Source: Candidatus Nanosynbacter sp. BB002 (GTDB lineage: Bacteria; Patescibacteriota; Saccharimonadia; Saccharimonadales; Saccharimonadaceae). From it: a DNA stretch of 32,000 nt. The stretch spans positions 90,001 through 122,000 of the forward strand of contig NZ_CP146064.1 in NCBI RefSeq assembly GCF_037013405.1. The letters are read 5' to 3'. Every line of letters begins with the position of its first letter. Position 1 is the first letter of the stretch. Made by a program: the position numbers and the translations under genes. Positions 23,537-32,000 of the stretch are shown in pieces. Below the pieces are notes generated by a model. That model did not search any database and was not told the origin of the DNA. It was given only the letters and a program-made list of their open reading frames with translations.

Positions 23537-23908
23537 ATGAAGCAGAAGATCGCTATTACAATTGGCTGCGTTGCAACCCTAACGGTATTATTGATTATAA
23601 ATATGACTACCCCATCTGGCATAGGTCCTTTTGGGGTTCTTTTGTTTTTATTTTCCCTATATGTGGCACTAACTAGCGCTTTATATATTTTGCTGAGATT
23701 TTTATTTTCTATATTACATGTGCCAAAGCCTAGAGATGGTAGTAAAAATCGACAGGATATAAAATTGTATTATTTCTCCAGCGTGCTTGCTTTGGCTCCA
23801 GTTATATTGCTAGGAATTCAATCTATTGGCGGCATAAAGCTTTTTGATATCTGTCTCGTTGTCATCTTTGAAGTGATTGCTTGTTTGTACGTATATAAGA
23901 GGTTCTAA
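23537..23908 (+). CDS. Small four-TM membrane protein, unknown function
   Basis: 123 aa from ATG 23537 (TATAAT at 23524-23529, 7-nt spacer, no SD). The track ORF extends to 23411 through a GC-rich structured segment. Four hydrophobic helices. Confidence 0.5.
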   Translation: MKQKIAITIGCVATLTVLLIINMTTPSGIGPFGVLLFLFSLYVALTSALYILLRFLFSILHVPKPRDGSKNRQDIKLYYFSSVLALAPVILLGIQSIGGIKLFDICLVVIFEVIACLYVYKRF

Positions 23909-23930
23909 CATGGTCTTTTCGTGTACACCA

Positions 23931-23939
23931 TGATATAAT
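23931..23939 (+). promoter_or_regulatory. Extended -10 element (TGaTATAAT) placing +1 on ATG 23946
   Basis: TG at 23931-23932, TATAAT at 23934-23939, 6-nt spacer, ATG at 23946. No SD. Confidence 0.5.
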
Positions 23940-23945
23940 TTGAGT

Positions 23946-24374
23946 ATGAATCCTGAGACGACGCCAGTAATACCGAGGACAGAATCAGCGCCTGTAGCTC
24001 CTGATGTAGAGCGTCAATATGATAATCAAGAAAAAAGTTTTGAACAGTATGAGGCACAGTCCATTGAGCAGGGGAAGCAATTACCTGCTACGCCGGCGTT
24101 GCCTGTTGTTGACATAGCAAACTTGGCACAGCCTACTCCTCAGGATCCTGCTAGTGTTCAGACACCGCAGACGGATGATGATGCAGTTATGGCAGGAGTT
24201 CCTTCTATAGCAGGGGATGATGATTTGATTGAGAAAGAGTGGGTTGATAAGCTAAAGAGCTTAATTGCTCTAACAGAGGGGAATCCTCATGAACGAGCGC
24301 GGGTTATTGCTCAGCTGCAAGCAGATTATTTGAAGAAACGATATAATAAGACTCTTGGTCAGTCTAATGAGTAG
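23946..24374 (+). CDS. Acidic Pro/Gln-rich protein with a helical C-terminus, unknown function
   Basis: 142 aa from ATG 23946 (the track start 23940 is TTG). Disordered-looking N-terminal half, then a C-terminal amphipathic segment IEKEWVDKLKSLIALTEGNPHERARVIAQLQADYLKKRY. Ends 9 nt before the ATPase gene. Confidence 0.5.
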   Translation: MNPETTPVIPRTESAPVAPDVERQYDNQEKSFEQYEAQSIEQGKQLPATPALPVVDIANLAQPTPQDPASVQTPQTDDDAVMAGVPSIAGDDDLIEKEWVDKLKSLIALTEGNPHERARVIAQLQADYLKKRYNKTLGQSNE

Positions 24375-24383
24375 GATGGATTA

Positions 24384-27293
24384 ATGGGTGGAGTTCTCAT
24401 CTTAGGATTACTGGTATTAGGGATTATAGCTGTTGGAACATCAGTAATTTTTATACTGTACCGTAATGCTATGCGTGAAGCAAAGAATTATGAGCGCGGC
24501 CTAAAAATGGTGCCTTTGTTGATACATTTGCCTCCGACCAGTGAGGATATAGATAATGGTAGCCGTGACCAGCGTGACCTCAATGAGGAGGTCATCTCTC
24601 AGGCACAGGTTATGTATAATATTATATCCAGCACCGCTACCAAAGGCTTTAAGAGTAAGTTTTATGGTCAGCGTCATATATCTCTTGAGATTGTCGCTAC
24701 TGGTGGTTTAGTCCACTATTATGCAGTGGTGCCTGTGGTGCTGATCGACGTTATTCGCCAAGCTATCATAGCAGCTTATCCATCAGCACGATTGGAGGAG
24801 ATGAGCGAAGTGAATATTTTTAGTGAGATTGGTCGCACTTCTGGCATGATAGGCGGTGAATTCACCTTGCGCAAGTCTTTCATTTATCCAATAGCGACGT
24901 ATCAAGAATCAAAGCGTGATGCATCGCGGGCATTGCTTAATGCACTTTCGTCTGCATCGAAAGACGATGGAATTGGTATACAATTTCTCATCAGGCCAGC
25001 ATATGACGGCTGGGCTAAAGCCTCTGAGCTTCACATTGACAATTTGCGAAAACATAAAAAGAAAAAGACGGGTATTGGTGCACTTATAGCCCCGAAGGAT
25101 ATTTTGGAAGCGTTGTGGAAACCACCACAAGAAAATGATGAAAAGCAAAAAGAAGAAGAAAATAAGCCGTTGAGTTCGCTTGAGCAGGCAGAAGTTGATG
25201 CCGTCAGTGAAAAGACTAGGTATCCGGCCTATGAAGTTTTGATTCGTGTTGTGGTCTCTTCTAATACTGCAGCAAGGTCTCAATCTCTACTGAAGAATAT
25301 TATTGCCGCTTTTGCGTTGTTTGATTCACCACGAAATAATGGATTTAAGTTCTCAGTTACGCGCAATATAGAGGAAATTACAACAGCATACATAATGAGG
25401 TTTTTTCCACAACAGATAAAATATAACATCTTGAATAGTGTAGAAATGGCAACGTTGTTTCATTTACCTGGCTCCTCGTCGATACCAACATCTCAGGTTA
25501 AACGTCAGATGTCCAAGCAGGTTGATGGTCCTACAGATGTTTTGGACGAAGGCCTGTTGATTGGTTATAACGAATTTCGTGGAGTTAAAAAACCTATTCG
25601 CATCGGAACAAAAGACCGTCGTCGTCACGTTTATATCATTGGTCAAACTGGTGTCGGTAAGTCTGTCTTGCAGGAGAATATGGCATATCAAGACATGATG
25701 GATGGTCGAGGCTTTGCGTTTATTGACCCGCACGGAGACTTGGTAGAGTCTCTTCTTGGTAAGGTGCCAAAAGAGCGTGTTGAAGATATTATATATTTTA
25801 ATCCAGCCGACATGACAAACCCTATTGGTTTGAATATGTTTGAGTTTGATACACCAGACCAGAAAGACTTTTTAGTACAGGAAGCAATTAATATGCTGTA
25901 TGGGTTGTATGACCCGGGACATACGGGAATCGTTGGTCCTCGTTTGGAGCACATTTTCCGTAACTGTGCGTTGTTATTGATGTCTGATCCCGCGGGCGGA
26001 ACGTTTATCGATATACCAAAATGTCTCATAGACCCAGAATTTGTGAAGAGTAAACTGAAATATGTTACCGACCCGCAAGTGATTGATTTCTGGACAAAGG
26101 AGTTTCCAGCGTCACAGCGATCTAATGAAGCTGGTGAAGTTGTGTCTTGGGTTGTCGCAAAGTTTGGTCCATTTATCTCTAACGATGCAATGCGCAACAT
26201 CATTGGGCAAACGAAGTCTGGATTTAACTTGCGGGAGATAATGGATAACAATAAGATCCTATTGGTTAATCTTTCCAAGGGTAAGATGGGAGAGCTGAAC
26301 TCCAAGCTGCTCGGTATTATCTTTGTGATGAAGTTTCAGGCTGCAGCGATGGCTCGAGCCGATACCCCGGAGGACCAGCGAGTTGATTTTTCATTGTATG
26401 TTGACGAGTTTCAGAACTTTGCTACAGATAGCTTTGAGTCTATCTTGTCTGAGGCTCGTAAATATAAGCTAAGCCTTATCATGGGTAACCAGTTCATGAC
26501 CCAGTTGACGGATAAGATACGTGAAGCAATCATTGGTAACGTCGGTACGGTGATTTCTGGGCGTATTGGCGTGACGGACGCTGAGTTGATGGTCAAGAAA
26601 TTTCAGCCGGTCTTTGATGTGGATGATTTGTCTAAGTTGCCAAACTTCCAATCAATTACCTCAGTGATGATCAACAATGTTCCATCGGCGCCGTTTAGTA
26701 TGAACTGGATACCACCGATGGGGCAGGAGAACTCTCAGCTGCGGGATGCGCTAGTGAGGCTATCTTCTGCGAAATATGGCAGGCCGCGTGCTGTTGTGGA
26801 GAAGGAAATATTTGAGCGGCTAGGCAGGGCAAATACAAAGACACAAGCTACTTCACCTAAACCTACTGCACTACGAGAAAATAAATCTTTCCTAGACGAG
26901 TGGTTGTCGAAGCGTAAGCAGATAGGCGGTGCGCAGCCAGTACCAACACAAAAAGCCTCTGGCGCGTTATCTCCTGCAACGCCAGTGACGATACCGACAC
27001 CAATGTCTACTGCTAGTTCAGGTCCTAACATGCAGAGTTTGAGTAGTGGTCAGATGGGCGGCTTGTCACGGTCGCCTCAGGATAATCCTGGTACTCCTGT
27101 AGATATACCGACAACACCTCCGATTGCCAATGCTATGCCGTCTTCAGATACTGCTAATAAAGAGAATTTATCTATCCAAGAAAGAATGCAACAAGAGCTA
27201 GACTCGGCGCAACCAAAGCCGTCTAACAACAGGCTTGACCTCAGGGATGGTAATCAGGACTCGGACAGGGAAATATCAATAAAATTGCGATAA
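24384..27293 (+). CDS. Membrane-anchored TraD/VirD4-like (type IV coupling protein-type, FtsK/HerA superfamily) P-loop ATPase
   Basis: N-terminal TM helix, about 380-aa unassigned domain, Walker A IIGQTGVGKS, FIDPHGDL, Walker B LYVDEFQNF, EARKYKLSLIMGNQFMTQL, then about 150 aa of Pro/Ser/Thr-rich tail. The family call comes from motif memory, not a search. Confidence 0.65.
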   Translation: MGGVLILGLLVLGIIAVGTSVIFILYRNAMREAKNYERGLKMVPLLIHLPPTSEDIDNGSRDQRDLNEEVISQAQVMYNIISSTATKGFKSKFYGQRHISLEIVATGGLVHYYAVVPVVLIDVIRQAIIAAYPSARLEEMSEVNIFSEIGRTSGMIGGEFTLRKSFIYPIATYQESKRDASRALLNALSSASKDDGIGIQFLIRPAYDGWAKASELHIDNLRKHKKKKTGIGALIAPKDILEALWKPPQENDEKQKEEENKPLSSLEQAEVDAVSEKTRYPAYEVLIRVVVSSNTAARSQSLLKNIIAAFALFDSPRNNGFKFSVTRNIEEITTAYIMRFFPQQIKYNILNSVEMATLFHLPGSSSIPTSQVKRQMSKQVDGPTDVLDEGLLIGYNEFRGVKKPIRIGTKDRRRHVYIIGQTGVGKSVLQENMAYQDMMDGRGFAFIDPHGDLVESLLGKVPKERVEDIIYFNPADMTNPIGLNMFEFDTPDQKDFLVQEAINMLYGLYDPGHTGIVGPRLEHIFRNCALLLMSDPAGGTFIDIPKCLIDPEFVKSKLKYVTDPQVIDFWTKEFPASQRSNEAGEVVSWVVAKFGPFISNDAMRNIIGQTKSGFNLREIMDNNKILLVNLSKGKMGELNSKLLGIIFVMKFQAAAMARADTPEDQRVDFSLYVDEFQNFATDSFESILSEARKYKLSLIMGNQFMTQLTDKIREAIIGNVGTVISGRIGVTDAELMVKKFQPVFDVDDLSKLPNFQSITSVMINNVPSAPFSMNWIPPMGQENSQLRDALVRLSSAKYGRPRAVVEKEIFERLGRANTKTQATSPKPTALRENKSFLDEWLSKRKQIGGAQPVPTQKASGALSPATPVTIPTPMSTASSGPNMQSLSSGQMGGLSRSPQDNPGTPVDIPTTPPIANAMPSSDTANKENLSIQERMQQELDSAQPKPSNNRLDLRDGNQDSDREISIKLR

Positions 27294-27327
27294 ATTTAGA
27301 ATAAGAGGTCTAAGATTCGGTAGTAGC

Positions 27328-27906
27328 TTAGCTGCTACTCCCGCCTTTTACGCCTATGCGGATGTAGTCAAACAACATACCGGCAAGCCATCCAATGGTG
27401 AATGCTGCAATCGTCTCAAATCCCGACAGAGGGTACCCGTTTATTTTTGCTAGGGTATATATAGCGAGAGTTAAGACAAAAGCCGCCACAGAGCCAGACA
27501 GTATGGCGTTTGGTCGAGCAACTGTTCTACCTGTGACTTCGCTAACTTTCTCGATGGTGGGGTTATGAATAACCTTGCTGAAAGTTCGGCTGGACTTAGG
27601 GAGCTGGCTTTGAACTGTCTCCATGGTCTTTTTGAAGCTGTCTTTGCGATCTTCCTTGGTTATAAGGCGTTCGGCTTTTGCGGGTTGCTTCTTCTTTTCT
27701 TGTTTTACCTCTTCAGCTTCGGATTTTTCAATAACTCTTTCGAGTTGCTCACGTGCTTCAGCCTCTGATTTTTCTGCTGGTGAGCTTTCTTTTTCGACTC
27801 GATTTTTGATAACTTCGGCTGCACGATTGTGTGTTTCTGTTCGCAGATCATTCAGGCCTTCGTGTGATATTTTGGCCTCGTTGTTGAACTTAAGTGATTC
27901 TTTCAT
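27328..27906 (-). CDS. Tail-anchored membrane protein with a charged coiled-coil-like N-terminus
   Basis: Lys/Glu-rich N-terminal 120 aa, then two hydrophobic helices at the C-terminus. Lies 22 nt downstream of the LPXTG gene on the same strand. Confidence 0.5.
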   Translation of the reverse strand: MKESLKFNNEAKISHEGLNDLRTETHNRAAEVIKNRVEKESSPAEKSEAEAREQLERVIEKSEAEEVKQEKKKQPAKAERLITKEDRKDSFKKTMETVQSQLPKSSRTFSKVIHNPTIEKVSEVTGRTVARPNAILSGSVAAFVLTLAIYTLAKINGYPLSGFETIAAFTIGWLAGMLFDYIRIGVKGGSSS

Positions 27907-27928
27907 TGTGACTACACCTAACTTTTAT

Positions 27929-29533
27929 TTAAATTGTACCTACTGAGTTGTATGTGTGCCGTATGATGCGCACTTCTTTCTTGAGCTGCCTGGACCGTAA
28001 GTAGAAGAATGTGACGACTGAAAGGATTAGGCCTGCGAATAGCATATTCTCGCTAGCTCCAGTGCGGGGCAGCTGCGTAGCCACTGTCTCGACGACTTTC
28101 TTTTCATTTGGACAATCAACTTTAACGCTTACGGTGTTACCGAAAGTGTTGTCCATCCTACAGTCAAAGGATCCAGGATTACTGGTACCAGTGCTCATAG
28201 AGGATATTTTACTGGCCATTTGTATCGTAAAGGTGCGTTCTTGGGTCTCGCCAGGTTTGATAGTTATCTCTGGCCATTGGAGAATGGTCTTGCCTCCATT
28301 GCTATTGGCATCTTCTTTGAGGGTTCCGCCGCCCGATTCAAAGATAGTTGAATATTGCAGAACATCACCCAAGTTCTCTGTGAATGTATATTTTTCTGGT
28401 GCAAAACCCTTGTTGGTGACCTTTAGGTGATAGGTAATACGATCATGTGCTTTCGCGGTGGTCTTAGTAGCGTCCATATTACTCTGAGTGAGGTTTATAG
28501 CGCTCTTTTGTTGGATAAAGGAAGCAGAACACTGCTTATCTTCTATCCAAAGAGTTGGGTTGCCTGCACATGGCTGACAGCGTGGGTCATTTTTAAGTAG
28601 TGTTGGATTTTGCGGGCACCTTTCTGGCGCAGCGATATTGAACGTCTTTTGACAGCCGGCAGAGGTGCGGTCACCTAGAGAAGTTTTGAGTGTTACAGTT
28701 ACTTTGTATGATCCAGGGGTTTTTTCTTGATATGTTACATTTGGGGTGGTGCTCTCTAGAGTTTTTACAAGAGAATTACCCCTATAAACTTGAAACACAT
28801 ATTTTTGTATTTTGGCGCCATTAGCGGCACTTGTGTTAGCAGTAAACTGATATTTATTATTATCGCTTTGCTTCACCTCTAAGGTATTACAGGTGACTAC
28901 GGGAGCTGGAGGTGTAGAACAGTTTGGATAGGTACCGATTTGTCCTGGAGGGCAGGTTGGTGCTGGAGGGATGCTTTTGGTAATGAGATTGCCACAGTTA
29001 CGCATAATTGCGAACCAGCCGAACTTAGCTGAGTGGCCTACGTACGCGGTATAGGTAAAATTACCCCAAAGCTGATGTGGCCTGTAGTAAAAACTACGCA
29101 TTCCACTGCCAGCTGATTTAACAGAGTAGGAGCCCTCTCCTTGGGCTGATCCAAAATGTGGAGTCATCCCCCATGAATAGTTGCCGTCACGGCTGTGTAG
29201 AGTTTGCAGGTTGCGGGTTGCATTTGATAGCTCTGCGCGGGTGATACCAATTGTATTGAACAATGAGCGGATATCGTTGGTGTTAGCATCATAGTGATTC
29301 ATCATTTGGCTTCCACTCCATACGCCACCTCGAACCATGTCGCTTGGGTCTGCAGCATTTGCTGATTCCGGAGGAGAGAATACCACTAAGGATTGGACGA
29401 TTAACGCAAGAACAGTGAAAATTAAGCCTAATTTTCGAGTAGCCTCCTCTTTACTTAACCTTTTTGCATAAAAGCCCAATTCATTGATAAGTGATGGACT
29501 AAATGGCAAGTGAGAAACTATTTTTCTAAACAT
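27929..29533 (-). CDS. LPXTG-anchored surface protein (candidate adhesin)
   Basis: N-terminal signal/TM (LGLIFTVLALIVQSLVVF). C-terminal sorting signal LPRTG plus a hydrophobic stretch plus RSRQLKKE. Cys/Pro-rich linkers and a DUF11-like repeat region (KVTNKGFAPEKYTFTENLG). Confidence 0.75.
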   Translation of the reverse strand: MFRKIVSHLPFSPSLINELGFYAKRLSKEEATRKLGLIFTVLALIVQSLVVFSPPESANAADPSDMVRGGVWSGSQMMNHYDANTNDIRSLFNTIGITRAELSNATRNLQTLHSRDGNYSWGMTPHFGSAQGEGSYSVKSAGSGMRSFYYRPHQLWGNFTYTAYVGHSAKFGWFAIMRNCGNLITKSIPPAPTCPPGQIGTYPNCSTPPAPVVTCNTLEVKQSDNNKYQFTANTSAANGAKIQKYVFQVYRGNSLVKTLESTTPNVTYQEKTPGSYKVTVTLKTSLGDRTSAGCQKTFNIAAPERCPQNPTLLKNDPRCQPCAGNPTLWIEDKQCSASFIQQKSAINLTQSNMDATKTTAKAHDRITYHLKVTNKGFAPEKYTFTENLGDVLQYSTIFESGGGTLKEDANSNGGKTILQWPEITIKPGETQERTFTIQMASKISSMSTGTSNPGSFDCRMDNTFGNTVSVKVDCPNEKKVVETVATQLPRTGASENMLFAGLILSVVTFFYLRSRQLKKEVRIIRHTYNSVGTI

Positions 29534-29588
29534 GGTTGCCCCGTTCTTGTATGTTTATGTAATCTATTATTATGATAGTATCTACTCC

Positions 29589-29597
29589 ATTTTAGCA
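29589..29597 (-). promoter_or_regulatory. Extended -10 element (TGcTAAAAT) for the LPXTG operon
   Basis: Minus strand: TG at 29597-29596 and TAAAAT at 29594-29589, about 49 nt upstream of ATG 29533. Confidence 0.45.
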
Positions 29598-29622
29598 TAA
29601 GAAATATGTTCAGGTAAAGCAC

Positions 29623-29651
29623 TTGAGTGAACAATTTTTTTGCGGTATAAT
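29623..29651 (+). promoter_or_regulatory. gyrB promoter (TTGAGT-17-TATAAT)
   Basis: -35 at 29623-29628, exact 17-nt spacer, consensus -10 at 29646-29651. About a 40-nt leader with the SD gagggag. Confidence 0.65.
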
Positions 29652-29664
29652 GAGAGAGTTGTAA

Positions 29665-31674
<2,010 letters not shown>

Positions 31675-31676
31675 TC

Positions 31677-32000
31677 ATGAGTGATCAGGACAAACAGATG
31701 CAACCAACCAGTGAACATGAGTCAATTGAGGCAACACCAGATACGGTGACTGAAGCATCAGCAGGATTAGAGCGACGCCGACTTGAAAATGTGATGCAAG
31801 ACAATTTCTTCCGTTATTCGATGAGTGTCATCGTTGACCGGGCATTGCCAGATGTGCGTGATGGTCTGAAGCCGGTGCATCGCCGTATTTTGTATTCAAT
31901 GAATCAGAACGGCAACCGTAGTACTGCGAAATTCGTCAAATCAGCACGTATCATCGGTGACGTGATGGGTAAATATCACCCGCATGGTGACTCAGCGATT
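31677..32000 (+). CDS. gyrA: DNA gyrase subunit A, 3' end cut by window edge
   Basis: Own translation from ATG 31677: ...[30 protein letters not shown] ... [21 protein letters not shown], the canonical GyrA N-terminus. Not in the ORF track because no stop falls in the window. Confidence 0.9.
   Translation, partial: MSDQDKQMQPTSEHESIEATPDTVTEASAGLERRRLENVMQDNFFRYSMSVIVDRALPDVRDGLKPVHRRILYSMNQNGNRSTAKFVKSARIIGDVMGKYHPHGDSAI

Noticed and set aside
23456-23908. Fluoride riboswitch plus CrcB: GGCGGAUGG at 23458-23466 resembles the 5' part of the crcB motif, and the downstream gene is a roughly 123-aa four-TM protein.
   Set aside because: The conserved 3' half of the riboswitch is absent as I remember it. 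The protein lacks CrcB/Fluc hallmarks (GGxxGxxxR, GxxGGxTTFSTF).
27319-27340. Hairpin ggtagtagc-tta-gctgctact between the convergent ATPase and tail-anchored genes, as a possible terminator.
   Set aside because: It overlaps the stop codon of the minus-strand gene and lacks an adjacent T-run on either strand. It may still pause transcription, but the support is too weak to annotate.

Overview
Gene-dense bacterial chromosome segment under the standard genetic code (TGA ends miaA and other genes). The content points to a monoderm, reduced-genome lineage such as Patescibacteria/CPR (Saccharibacteria-like): a type IV pilus (T4P) operon with no secretin in the window, an LPXTG surface protein, tRNAs with encoded CCA, and very short intergenic gaps. 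The lineage call is inference only.

Order of content:
- T4P operon: pilT (5' truncated), pilC, pilin, pilD, three pilin-like genes and a PilX-like gene.
- Xer-type tyrosine recombinase and ndk.
- tRNA-Arg(CCU) followed by two envelope ORFs.
- tRNA-Thr(CGU) followed by a small membrane ORF and a processive GT2 glycosyltransferase.
- nrdR, a self-contained 49-codon small gene, and tRNA-Val(GAC).
- T-box leader plus thrS.
- Alkyltransferase-like (ATL) protein, miaA, a wHTH regulator, and an MBL-fold protein with a degenerate metal site.
- rpmB, an M50 protease, RNase P RNA, and the infC-rpmI-rplT operon, where infC starts at ATT.
- yifB/comM and tmRNA.
- About 1.2 kb of AT-rich non-coding DNA containing two candidate structured RNA elements.
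- A membrane protein, an acidic protein and a 969-aa TraD/VirD4-like ATPase, convergent with a tail-anchored protein and an LPXTG surface protein.
- gyrB and the start of gyrA.

No CRISPR array, rRNA, transposase or obvious prophage was seen.

Most notable observations:
- A recurrent TGnTAnnAT extended -10 element sits 6-7 nt before ATG, implying leaderless genes alongside SD-led genes.
- Two ORFs start 6-8 nt after tRNA CCA ends.
- thrS has a T-box with what looks like an ultrashort Stem I.
- The non-coding tract downstream of ssrA is unexplained.
- The coupling-protein-like ATPase has no other type IV secretion (T4SS) parts in the window.

All coordinates and motifs were read by eye. No searches or folding programs were run.
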